Assembly (NCBI RefSeq): GCF_006345805.1
Contig: NW_021834920.1
Location: 1 to 45,537, forward strand
Length of the DNA: 45,537 bases
Direction of reading: 5' to 3'
Source: Octopus sinensis
Lineage: Eukaryota
Part shown: positions 12,375-23,712 of the stretch, piece by piece
Layout: the number at the start of each line of letters is the position of its first letter
How positions within the stretch are numbered: position 1 is the first letter of the stretch
Notes under the pieces: generated by a model
Told to the model about the DNA's origin: nothing
The model's database searches: none
Seen by the model: the letters and a program-made list of their open reading frames with translations, nothing else
Translations under genes and position numbers: made by a program

Positions 12375-12606
12375 TGAAGTGGCGAGCTGGCAGAAACTTT
12401 AGCACGCCTGGCGAAATGCGTAGCCGTATTTCGTCTGCCGTTACATTCTGAGTTCAAATTCCGTCGGGGTCGACTTTGCCTTTCATCCTTTCGGGGTCGA
12501 TAAATTAAGTACCAGTTATTCACTGGATTCGATATAATCGACTTGATCCATTTGTCTGTCCTTGTGTGTCCTCTGTGTTTAGCCCCTTGTGGTTAGTAAA
12601 GAAATA
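12375..12606 (+). mobile_element. tRNA-derived SINE, family B, in tubulin intron 1, with 16-bp TSD
   Basis: TSD TATATTTAGGCGTAAA at 12359-12374 and 12607-12622. Centre GCCTTTCATCCTTTCGGGGTCGATAAATTAAGTACCAG, tail TTTAGCCCCTTGTGGTTAGTAAAGAAAT. Confidence 0.92.
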
Positions 12607-13855
12607 TATATTTAGGCGTAAAAATTGGCCAGTGTAGTTAAGTCTGAAACTTAATCCGGAGATAGTTTGTTTTCAAGAATTTTTTTCCTCTACGATAACC
12701 TAATTGTGATTGAAGTTAATAAAATAACTAGCTAATTTTTAACAATAGATATTCTAGTCTCTGCTGGATTACAAGTTGATTTTTTCACACGCTAATTTGA
12801 TAATTTTCAAGTTTGAAAAATGTCTAAAATAGTGTAAAAGGAGTGATTAATTTCAATCCCACTTTAACTACCTCGTGTGTAAATCTCTCAGGAAGAGATA
12901 CCCCAGCAGATCGTAAAGAAACTGTAGAGAATATTTTATCTTTAGTCGAGTTTCGTTATTTTCATATGTATTGTTTTCCTTTGATCGCCTTTCATTTGAC
13001 CGAGGTATTGAAATTCTTTTAGTTTTTGATCTTTCTGGTGTCTAAGGATGAATATTGATGTACGAGTCTGTTTTCGAATGAGATTCTGGAGCAGTGAAGA
13101 GGCAGATTTATCTTATTTTGGCTTACTCATTTGGCTCCAGCCAAATTTGTTTTATATACTCAGAACTGCAATAATTGTCTAAAATGTTAGATTATTTTTT
13201 AAAGAATTTAGGGAAGGTCATTCGCTTAACTGATATAGTTTTCGTAAGGGAGCGCACATTAAAAAAAAATATTGTCATTGTGCACTTTCCCTTACAGTTT
13301 ACTTGACGGGCGTCCACATGGCCACCGCTAAATCCATTTCCGTTTACTAGATTGACCCACAGCTATACTGGAAGAAACTGTCTCGATGTAAAGTGGTGTT
13401 GAAATGAAGTAGAACGGAATACTTACATTAAACATGAAGGTTGTTTTAAAATATTTGTGTGCTTAATTAGATTTGAATTTATAAATATTGTGCTATTATC
13501 TCCTGTGGTATAATGGTTTAGTTCTGACAACTCATTTCAGTTATTTTAATTTCTCCAAAAAGACCATTTTAAAGGTTCTTATGTAGCTCTGCATGGCTCT
13601 TGAAACCTCACGAAACCTTGTTGGCGAAAATTTGTGTTAAAAATGCGCTTCAGTTACCATTTCTCTCTTTTCCAAATTTAGAGTTCGCGTGATATAAACA
13701 TTTTGTTAATCAATAGGGTATGATCGGAAGGAATTTGACTGCTATTTCTAACAGGCAGTACACCACGGCGATGCTCCCTTTTGGGCTCAACTCTCACTTT
13801 TGTCCGATTTCTCTAGCTTGTAAAATAATTCTATTATACAACTTTTTTTTTTCAG

Positions 13856-14072
13856 AGAGAATGTATCAGCGTTCACATAGGACAAGCAGGCGTCCAAATA
13901 GGTAACGCCTGTTGGGAGCTCTATTGCCTTGAACATGGAATCCAACAAAATGGTCAAGTATCATTTGAATCTTCTGGTGTTAATGATTCGTCTAGCACGT
14001 TCTTTCATGAGATAGGCTCTGGGAAACGTGTCCCCAGAGCCATATTCGTCGATTTGGAGCCCTCAGTTATCG
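13856..14072 (+). CDS. Alpha-tubulin paralogue 1, exon 2
   Basis: Poly-T...TTCAG acceptor. [30 protein letters not shown]...[15 protein letters not shown]|GTAAGT phase-1 donor. 217 nt. Confidence 0.96.
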
Positions 14073-14555
14073 GTAAGTATAAACGTTTCAAAATTGTATT
14101 TACAAAAATAAATTAAACAAGGAATTGCCCTGTCGCGCATTTAATGTTCTGGTTAATCAATCTTCTATGTTTTTCTGTGTTGGAAAAAAAACTTGATTTG
14201 TGATGAAGCAGTGGTTCCTTTTTTACTGCTATATTTCCGAACGCCGTTTTCTTGAATATTGGAAAATATTTCAAAATTCTGTTGTACAACAGAACTGATC
14301 ACGGCAGTAAAATGTGTCGACTATAAAATCGGTTAAATGTGAGTTGAATAGTAAGTGTTTATGTATCCGGTATTTGAATGTAAATATTGTTAGCAGTATA
14401 TTCTGAGGAATGTCGTACATGGAAGTATTTTGTTGAACTGATAAAGCAAGTAACTGTTTGAGAATCTCTACATTCATACTCCTCTAATATAAGAAAACTC
14501 TTTTAATTTTTATATTGCCATTTGATATATTATTGCTCAAAATCTTATTTTCCAG

Positions 14556-15679
14556 ATGAAATACGCGTTGGAAAATACAGCCAGTTATTTCACCCGAACC
14601 AACTCATCAGTGGTAAAGAGGATGCAGCCAACAATTACGCCAGGGGCCACTATACCGTTGGCAAGGAAATCATTGATTCGGTCTGTGACCAAATTCATAA
14701 AGTAACTGAACAATGCTCTGGCCTCCAGGGCTTCTTGATTTTTCATAGTTTCGGTGGCGGCACCGGTTCTGGTTTTACGTCTCTGCTAATGGAGCGCCTG
14801 AGTGTTGACTTTGGTAAAAAGACAAAGCTTCAATTTTCAGTCTATCCGGCACCACGAATTTCTACAGCTGTAGTAGAACCGTACAATTCCGTCTTAACCA
14901 CTCATACCACTCTAGAGCATTGTGACTGCGCTTTCATGGTCGACAATGAAGCAATTTATGATATCTGTAAAAGGCATTTAGATGTTGGGTATCCAAGATA
15001 CATCAACCTTAATCGTCCAATTGCTCAGGTAGTGAGCTCTATTACTGCTTCTCTAAGGTTTGATGGGTCCCTTAATGTTGATTTAACCGAGTTTCAAACC
15101 AACCTGGTACCTTATCCGCGTATTCATTTCCCATTGATTTCGTATGCACCAATAATATCGGTTGAGAAAGCGTACCACGAGCAGTTAAATGTTTCTGAAA
15201 TAACAAACGCGTGCTTTGAAACCGGTAATCAGATGGTTAAATGTGACCCTCGCCGTGGGAAGTACATGGCTTGTTGTCTGTTGTACCGAGGCGATGTGGT
15301 CTCGAAAGATGTTAACGCTGCTATTGCAGCAATTAAAATGAAGAAAGACATTCAGTTTGTGGATTGGTGCCCAACAGGGTTTAAAGTTGGTATCAATTCC
15401 CAACGCCCAACTGTTATCCCTGGGGGAGACATGGCTGAGGTCCAACGGGCCGTGTGTATGCTGAACAATACGACAGCTATTGCTGAAGCTTGGGCCCGTC
15501 TAAATTATAAATTTGACTTAATGTATGCCAAGCGAGCTTTTGTTCATTGGTATGTTGGTGAAGGTATGGAGGAAGGTGAGTTTTCGGAAGCGCGCGAAGA
15601 TTTGGCTGCGCTGGAAAAAGATTATGAAGAAGTTGGTATTGACACAGCTGAAACGGGAGATGAGATTGAAGAATACTAA
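14556..15679 (+). CDS. Alpha-tubulin paralogue 1, exon 3 (spliced protein 447 aa)
   Basis: TTTTCCAG|AT completes the Asp codon. [40 protein letters not shown]-terminal EEY-stop. Confidence 0.98.
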
Positions 15680-16324
15680 ATCTTAAATTTTATTAGAAAT
15701 GGTGGGTCTTATATATACATACACACACGTGTGTAGTCTTCCAATATTAATTTAACCTAACGAATTAGTTTTTGAAATATCAAAATTGCGTTGTTTTCCT
15801 GTTTGTGTTGCATACTAAACATAAAGAATTGCTTTTCGAAATAACATTTTTTTTTTCGAATTTCTTTGAAATAATAAAAGCTTATCGCAATCAATTGACA
15901 TCTTTCTCTAATTCTTGAATAGATTTTGTCTTCGTATTTGGAATCAATCAAGTATCCAGATACTGGGACACATTTTGTAAGTCAACGGTAACTATTTTTG
16001 CTGTAAGGCTCAGCAAGTCTGGGGAGAGTGGTTAGTCGATTATATCGACCGCGGTAGCTCTTCTTGTACATATTTTATCAACCCTGAACGGATGAGCAGT
16101 GTTTTAAGCTTGGAGCGTAAAGACTAACAACATTCCGTTAGGCATTTTTCCGGTACGGTAACAATTCTGCTAGCGTGCCTCCTTTAATTTTATTACTATG
16201 GGCACCAGGTCTGAAATTCCTTTTAGGAGGCTTGGCGATTACATCGACAGAAATGCTCAAGTGCTACTTACTTTACCGACCGCCAGAAGATGAAAAGCGA
16301 AGTTGACCTTGGCAGAATTTAAAC

Positions 16325-16665
16325 TCTTTACTCTCTTTTTGCTTGTCATTTGACTGTGGCCATACTGGAGCACCGCCTTTAGTCGAGCAAATAGACCCCA
16401 AGATTTGTTCTTTGTAAGCCTAGTACTTATTCTATTGGTCTCTTTTTGCCGGACCGCTAAGTTACGGGGACGCATCGGTTCTCAAGTGATGTGGGACACA
16501 CACATACTACGGGCTTCTTTCAGGTTCCGTCTACAAAATCTATTCCCAATGCTTTGGTCAGCCTGAAGCTATAGACACTTGCCCAAGGTGCCACGCAGTG
16601 AAACTGAACCCGGAACCATGTGGTTGGTAAGCAAGCTACTTAACCACACAGCCACTCCTACGCCT
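16325..16665 (-). mobile_element. SINE family A
   Basis: Reverse complement of the family A head and tail. Confidence 0.88.
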
Positions 16666-16754
16666 AACTGAGGACGTAGTTTCGAAACGCCACTAAGCTT
16701 TAGCCATTAAGCATTTTTTTTTTCAGTGTGTAAATGACATAAATATCCTTGTCA

Positions 16755-17090
16755 TCTGTATTAGACTGTGGCCATGCTGGGGCACCGGCTTGAAGAGTTT
16801 CAGTCGAATGACTTTATCCCAGGACTAATTTCCCTTTTTTAAACCTGGTACTTATTCTATCGAACTCTTTTTGCCTGACTGCTAAGCTATGGTGATGTAC
16901 ACACACCACCGGTTGTCAAGCGGTAGTGACACACACGACAGGCTTCTTTACGTTTCCCTCCACCAAATCCACTCGAAGCGTTGGTCGGCCAGACTATGGT
17001 AGAAGGTACTTGCCCAAGGTGCTACTTAATTGGACTGTACCCAAAGCCCTATGGTTAGGAAGCAGGTTTGGCCCACACATATAACTGTGT
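16755..17090 (-). mobile_element. SINE family A-related, older copy
   Basis: GACTGTGGCCATGCTGGGGCACCG tail and CTTGCCCAAGGTGC centre, more diverged. Confidence 0.75.
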
Positions 17091-17174
17091 GCCAATATAT
17101 CTATACATGTGTCTATATGATATTTGTTATTGTCGTGCCCGTGTTTTCTTAATTTTGCGCCTATTGCCTATCCT

Positions 17175-17535
17175 GAGTGACTGTATAATAAGTAGCTTGC
17201 GTACGAACCACATGGTTCCGGGTTCAGTCCCACTGCGGGGCACCTTGGGCAAGAGTCTTCTACTATAGCCTCGGGGCGACCAAAGCCTTGTGAGTGGATT
17301 TGGTAGACGGAAACTGAAAGAAGCCCGTCGTATATATGTATATTTACATGTAAGTATGTTTGTGTCTGTTTGTCCCCCCAACATCACTTGACAACCGATG
17401 CTGGTGTGTTAACGTCCCCGTGACGTAGACTGATAGAATAAGTACAAGGCTTACAAAGAATAAGTCCTGGGGTCGATTTGCTCGACTAAAGGCGGTGCTC
17501 CAGCATGACCACAGTCACATGACTGAAACGAGTTA
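17175..17535 (+). mobile_element. SINE family A
   Basis: GGTTCAGTCCCACTGCGGGGCACCTTGGGCAAGAGTCTTCTACTATAGCC...GACTGAAAC. Confidence 0.88.
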
Positions 17536-17759
17536 GAGGAATATCTATATGACTATAATTTATGGCAAGACAGTTGGTTCTATGGGCATTTTGTCTCAAA
17601 AAATGTTAGTTTCATCACTGCTAATGTCTCTTCTGTCGATATTCCAAGATGATCCCCATCCAACGCTGATGCTTTGTCGCTGATGATGATCTCCGTAATC
17701 GTATCCTCTGCAATTTGCTTCTCGTTGATGCACAAGAGAAGTAATTTTTCTAACGTTTC

Positions 17760-18065
17760 TTATTTCTTTACTACCCACAAGGCGCTACACACGGGGGGGG
17801 GGAGAAACAAGGACAGACAAAGGGATTTAAGTCGATTATATCGACCTCAGTGCGTAACTGGTACTTATTTAATCGATCCCGAAAGGATGAAAAACAAAGT
17901 CGACCTCGGCGGAATGTGAACTCAGAACGTAGCGGCAGACGAAATACCTATTTCTTTACTACCCACAAGGGCCTAAACACAGAGAGGACAAACAAGGACA
18001 GAGAAACGGATTAAGTCGATTACATCGACCCCAGTGCGTAACTGGTACTTATTTTATCGACCCCG
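17760..18065 (-). mobile_element. Tandem partial SINE family B units
   Basis: Two B tails (TTTCTTTACTACCCACAAGG at ~17760 and ~17950) in tandem. Confidence 0.85.
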
Positions 18066-18249
18066 CATTTACTCTGACACCTAAAAGAATTGGTGAAAGA
18101 ATATGTGCTACTATTCGAGTGTGACAGCTACCTGAACTTTTTCTTGGTTTAACTATCTTTTATCTTATTTTTTTATCTTTTATTTCGTCAGACATTGGAC
18201 TGCAGCCATGCTGGGACACTGCCTTGAAGGGTTTGCAATGATCAAGGAC

Positions 18250-18981
18250 CCACCTATGCTACGCTCTTTATTCGACCTCTCTATGATGTATCACAATGAG
18301 ATGGTGGATGTCGTGGATAGATGGTGAATATTTGCACATCACCAATGAAACCATTGACAAGTGACAACCAACCTATTTTCCAACACTGGCCGAAACTTTG
18401 ACATCTGCATTTAGCAATGTTATGGGCCAGAAATTATCTATGTGGTTCATCCTGTTTGAACCCTTTCTCAGCAACGTTACCGCTCTTCGGCCCACAGAAC
18501 TAGAAAATTTTCCGTTCTGTTACCTGATGCCAAGAGGTTTCCGAGCAAGTTTTGCAAGCAAAAGTAAAGCTCGTAGGGTAAACCATCAAAATCAGACGCT
18601 TCATATCCCGTGCAGTTAATTATTGATTCCCGTATTTCTTGCAACACTTTGTCTCCCTTGCTGAGAGTCGCTCGAGTAGCATGCACCAATTATGGTCCAC
18701 CAAAAACCGAACGGTGGTTTTGTTGCCACGTTGCACCTCCATCACTCGGTTCCATTTCGCAGCTTTCTCCTCTCGCGTCTCACAGCAGGCATCTAGATCT
18801 GACAATGCAGACTTCATGCTTTGGATTAAAGAATTGATGCGATTCCTTTCCTAAGCGCCTCTTGTAGGTTTCTAAGTCTCCCTCTGTTCAATTTTCTCTA
18901 TCGCCATTAGGTTCTTCAACTTAATCGATTCTAATCTAAACTAGAAAGGACAACTCATCTTTTGTGGCAGATTTACTAATT
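18250..18981 (-). mobile_element. L1/Tx1-like ORF2 fragment (linker and start of RT)
   Basis: Minus-strand pieces MKSALSDLDACCETREEKAAKWNRVMEVQRGN, SDFDGLPYELY, ITLLNADVKV and IHDIHHL, with frameshifts. Continues at 20575-20780 (endonuclease end) beyond the satellite insertion. Confidence 0.75.
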
Positions 18982-20574
18982 TTCAAGAAATTTTTCAAAA
19001 ACTTTTGAGGGATATTTTCAAAAATTTTCAAAAACTTTTTCAAAAATTTTGGGGGAAAATTTTCAAAAGTTTTTGAGAAAAATTTTCAAAAATTTTGAGA
19101 ATTTCCAAAAGTTTTTTAGGAAAATTTTCAAAGATTTTTGGGAAAATTTTCAAATATTTTTGAGGAAAATTTTCAAGCACATTAGAGGAAAATTTTCAAA
19201 AACATTTTTCAAAAATTTTTGGGAAATTTTTCAAAAACTTTTGGGGAGAATTTTCAAAACTTCTTGAGGACAATTTTCAAAAGATTTTTCGAAAATTTTT
19301 GGGAAAAGATTGCCGGATATTGCGGGAAATTATCGGAAACTGCCGGAAATTGGCAGAGATTGCCGAGTATTGCCAGAAATTACTGGATATTGCCGGAGAT
19401 TATCGGAGTTTGCCAGAGATTGCCGGAAATTACCGGAGATTGCCGTAAATTGCCTAAGATTGCCGGAAATTGCCGGACATTGGCGGAAATTGCAGAAGAT
19501 TGCCGAATTTGTCGGAGATTACCGGAAATTACCGGAAATATGCGAAGTTTGCCGTAGATACCCGGGGTTTTCAAGAAGTTTTGCGAAAAATTTTCAAAAA
19601 TTATTGGGTACATTTTCAAAAATTTTTGACGAAAATTTTCAAAAAATTTTCCTTAAATTTTAGGGGAAAATTTTCAAAAATTTTTCAAAAGTGTTTGGAG
19701 AAAATTTTCAAAAGTTTTTCAGGAAAATTTTCAAAAAATTTTTCAAAAATTTTTGGGTAAATTTTCAAAAGATTTTTGAAACATTTTTCAAAAATTTTTG
19801 TGCAAAATTTTCAAATATTTTGGGTGAAAATTTTCGAAAGTTTTTGAGGAAAATTTTCAAAAAATTTTTGAAAACTTTTTGGGAAAAATTTTTGAAAATT
19901 TTCGAGGAACATTTTCAAAGAATTTTTTAAAATTTTTGGGAAAGTTATAAAAAATTTTGAGGAAAATTTTTTTAAATATTTCAAAAAAATTTGGGTAAAA
20001 TTTTCAAAAATTTTGGGGGAAAATTTTTAAAAAATTTTTCAAAACCTTTTGGGAGAAAATTTTCAAAAATTGACGATAGTTTTCAAAATTTTTCTTTTGA
20101 TTTTTGGGAAAGGTTTTCAGAAGTTTTTGAGGAAAATCTTTAAATATTTTTGAGTACAATTTTCAAAAAAAATTTTTGAGGAAAATTGTAAATTTTTTTG
20201 CAAAATTTTATAAAATTTTTGAAAAGAAGATTGCCGGAGATTGCCGGAAATTGTCGTTAATTACCAGACATTGCTGGAGATAGCCGGAAATTATCGGAAA
20301 TTGCCGGAGATTGCCGGAAATTGCCAGAGATTGCCGGCAATTACTGGAGATTGCCGGAAATTGTCGGGGGTTGCCGGAAATTGCCGTAGATTACCGGAGT
20401 TTGCCGCAAATTGTCCGAGATCACCGGAAATTGCTGGAGATTGCCGGAATTTACCGGAAATATCCGAAGTTTGCCGGAGATACACGGGGTTTTCCAAAAT
20501 GTTTAGGAAAAATTTTCAAAGATTTTTGAGGAAAATTTTCAAAAGGTTTTTTCCAAAATTTGGTTGGAAAATTT
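18982..20574. repeat. Composite minisatellite: (TTTTCAAAAA/TTTTTGAGGAAAA)-type blocks alternating with (TTGCCGGAAA)-type blocks, ~920-bp higher-order repeat
   Basis: B blocks about 19306-19560 and 20229-20480, each followed by GAAGTTTGCCG.AGATAC.CGGGGTTTT (19544 and 20466). Absent from copy 1. Confidence 0.92.
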
Positions 20575-20780
20575 TTGCAGTAACCGGCTTCCAGTCTACG
20601 ACGCTTATCTAGGTCGACCGTGTAGATGACAAATTTGGATTACGTGTAGCTGAACATTTTGAAATATGGATCACCTATGCTATCATTATCAACTGACCTG
20701 TAGAATACTCTATCTAGATACGAACCTACACGACCTTATGCGGTTTGCCTATGTGCACACTGGCTTTGGATCAAAATTAT
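20575..20780 (-). mobile_element. L1/Tx1-like ORF2 fragment (endonuclease end), paralogue of about 8857-9040
   Basis: Nearly identical to copy 1 sequence TTGCAGTAACC...TGGCTTT. Confidence 0.75.
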
Positions 20781-20845
20781 TATAAAATAAATGCATATTG
20801 TAATAATTTTTTTTTAAATATATGAATTCCAAATTTTTAAATGAT

Positions 20846-21323
20846 TGTAGTGACGTCATATTTCAGTGTGCGCACACGCAACGTCATTCTTCAGTGTGCG
20901 TGTGCGGAACGTCTTTCTTCAGTGTGCGTGTGCTGGGTTGGAGCCTTCTGGAAAGGCATAAAGAAGTTTCCCCATGCACATGCGCTAGAGACTGAAGAAT
21001 AAATTCTATAGCGTTCCTTAATAGCGTTCGGGGACTTGAGGCACGGCGATCGAAGAGAAAGGACGTATTTTCATACGTGTGATCAACCTATTTTCCTGTC
21101 CCAGACGCTTGGGATTTAACCTATCTATTGCTTCTGAATTGTTGTAAGAATGGATACCAGTATACCATTGTGTTTCATTGTTGAATAAGAGAATAAAGAA
21201 TTATATATTTCTAAAGTTGCTTTTCGTTCCTGACTGGTAGTTTCTAGAAACAAAAAGAAAGGAAATTGTGTTGCACCCAAGTTGCACCCCAAAAGTGTAA
21301 AGAAGCAACCAGTTCCCTTTACA
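20846..21323 (+). mobile_element. Solo LTR (478 bp), probably Gypsy-type
   Basis: TGTA...TACA termini. 4-bp TSD TGAT (20842-20845, 21324-21327). Single TGAT at the empty site 9485-9488. Internal ~29-bp repeats and AATAAA. Strand inferred from AATAAA only. Confidence 0.88.
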
Positions 21324-21368
21324 TGATCTTCTGTACTTTGTGGATAATTATGCCTTAATGATTCAGAC

Positions 21369-21641
21369 GTGGAGGCACATGGCCCAGTGGTTAGAGCAGC
21401 GGACTCGCGGTCGAGGGATCGTGGGTTCGAATCACAGACCGGGCGATGTGTGTGTTTATGAGCGAAACACCTAAGCTCCACGCGGCTCCAGCAGAAGGTA
21501 ATGGCGAACTTCTGCTGACTCTTTCACCACAACTTTTTCTCACTCTTTCCTCCTGCACCTTGCAGTTCACCTGGGACGGACCGGTCCCGTCCAAGGTGGG
21601 GAACCTATACGCCAAGAAAACCGGGAAACCGGCCCTAATGA
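21369..21641 (+). mobile_element. SINE family C' (paralogue of 9530-9799)
   Basis: Direct match. Confidence 0.88.
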
Positions 21642-22312
21642 TACAAGCGGGGTTCGAAAAGGAACAAACAATGATTCAGACGGACAAAAGTTGTAGCAAC
21701 TCTCCTGGGATTTCGGACTAGATGTGAAGGGATGTAGGAAAACATTAAAAGACATTATGTGTCCGGAGTTGTATGATTATGCTTGCTTCTGTATTTGGTG
21801 ATCAATTTTTAAAAAATCATAACTCATAACATTCCCAAGTTAATTTTGTAGAAGGAAGAAAAATAGGAGGCTTGAATATTCATTTTTTTCGATGACTACA
21901 GCGGACTCATTAAACTGAAGTTACTTCAGGGCATTAAATAAACAGAAGTGACTTCAGATGGAGATTGAAACTAAAACGTCATTCTCAGTTTGTGAATTTA
22001 ATTAAATCTTCTAAACATACCTTTTACCACTAAAGAATAAAAGCAAAATAATCCAATTTCATTTGAAAAATTATCACGTTCAAATAGTATCTTCCTTCTT
22101 CCTTTTCAGATTTAAATTTTTGGTGCTCCGTATGCAAGAACTTCAACTCCCACCTCTCTGTTCTTTCGGAACACCTGGAGGAAATTTACCCAAGTGTGTT
22201 GTTATCTGTGATTAGACGTTGAAATTTTGTTGTGTAAAGTGATTAATATCGCGCGAGGCATTTGCCTCCACGTGTGGAAACCTTCCGAAGAAGGTGAATT
22301 GACCCTCTAGTC

Positions 22313-23712
22313 ATGGCGACTTACGCGGGGGTCACGGGAAAGAGAAGTAATGATTGCTCGATAGTCGTGAAGGATGTTTTCTTTGAAAAGAGTAAACTCA
22401 AAGAATATGAAAAGCTCTTCAAAAGGGAGGATGATAGCGTGAAGCTAATCCCCCCCGCGAAAGCAAAAGAGGACAAGGAAAGCAAGACAGTGACGTATAG
22501 AACCCAAGACAAAAATACGAAGAAGCTGGCTAGAGTGGAGATAGCCGAAATTGAAAAATGTCTGGGAGACATAATGCAAAAATCGACCTATGTGAGTAGA
22601 GGCAAGAAATTTGGTACGGTGGAGGTGAGATGTGCAACGGAAGAAATTGCAGCCTCACTGGCTTCCACTGTACTAAGAGCCGAAAATTTTACAATGTGGC
22701 CCTCATACAAGGGAAGAAGAGGGGTCCGGGTTAAAATCCCGAATATACCCCCAGAAATAAAAACAGAATGGCTGGCAACAGCTATTCTAGGAGCAGCAGA
22801 AGAGGAAGTGGAGGTGGAATCCTTTAAGGAGTCCAACGCAGTAAACTGGAGAGGATATGGGGTAGAACTGTGTTTGATGGCCACAAAAGAGGACATTGAA
22901 AGGTTCCCCTACAGAATAGAAATAGAAGACGAGAAAACCCTCAGTGTAATTGTAGAGGGAAGAAAGCCAAACTGCTACTTGTGCGGGACAAGGGGGCACA
23001 TTAAAAAAGAGTGCCCGTTATACGAATTCATAACGGAGTACGAGCAGGAGCTTGAAGAAAGGAGGAATACGGAAAATGAAAAAGAAAACATAGAAAAGGA
23101 GACAAAACAACAAGAGAAAAGAAATAATAAGTCAACGAAGGAAAAAGAAATAAAAGAAAAGAAAGAAATAGAACCAAAACAGAGTCAGGAAAAGAAAAAG
23201 GAAAAAGAAACAACAGGAAAAAAACAAGAGAGAGATCAGAACCAAAACGAAAGAAAAGACGGCACACAAAAGAAAAAGAAAAGGAACATAAAACACGAGA
23301 GAAAGAGAGAACAGACAAAGAACCAAAAAGACAAGAGAAGGAAGAAGAAAGAAAAGAAGGCAAAAAGAGAGAAAGAGAGAAACAAAGAGAGGAGAACAAG
23401 GAAGAAATAAGCCCGAAAAGAAAAACGAGGGAAAACGTAGGACGGAAACAAGATTACTACAAGTTAATAACCTTCCATTTCTGCCCTGAAATGAAGGAAT
23501 TGACATGTAGTACGGAGGGACATGTGTGGGTCAACAGGATGACTGATCAGTGGCAAGAGACTGCCCTGATCCCCGAAGAAAGAGTCGCTGAGTTCCTCAG
23601 AGCTGCCGGAGAGAGTGTAATTTTTTACACGGGTGTTCGAATGAAAGAGCGGCTGCCTGAGGGCTCAGTGATTGACTTTAGAGACTTGAAAGGTATTATG
23701 GAATACGTATAA
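22313..23712 (+). pseudogene. ORF1-like protein, unit 1 (one frameshift in the A-rich linker)
   Basis: ORF 22313..23410 (RGKKFGTVEV, CYLCGTRGHIKKEC). The alternative frame TDKEPKRQEK...EEISPKRKTRENVG runs into ORF 23491..23712 and matches the unit 2 C-terminus. The frameshift could be a homopolymer sequencing error. Confidence 0.85.

Larger units (their letters stand above)
8531..15679. repeat. Segmental duplication, copy 1 (paired with 18716-31320)
   Basis: Colinear matching blocks: LINE fragment, SINE, unique flank, promoter, intron 1 with SINE, both tubulin exons. Offset about 15640 across the gene. Confidence 0.95.

Noticed and set aside
14522-14555. N-terminal [11 protein letters not shown] of the tubulin ORFs (also 13720 and 29358 MIGRNLT..., 30163)
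   Set aside because: Intronic sequence upstream of clear splice acceptors.
16668-16689. CTGAGGA...CGAAACG, and CTGTCGA...GAAACGTC at 32057-32082, as further hammerheads
   Set aside because: Stem II or stem I does not pair convincingly; at most decayed remnants.
19049-20612. ORFs with repeated ENFQKF and LPEIAGNC motifs
   Set aside because: Overlapping ORFs in several frames of the satellite; no single frame is favoured.
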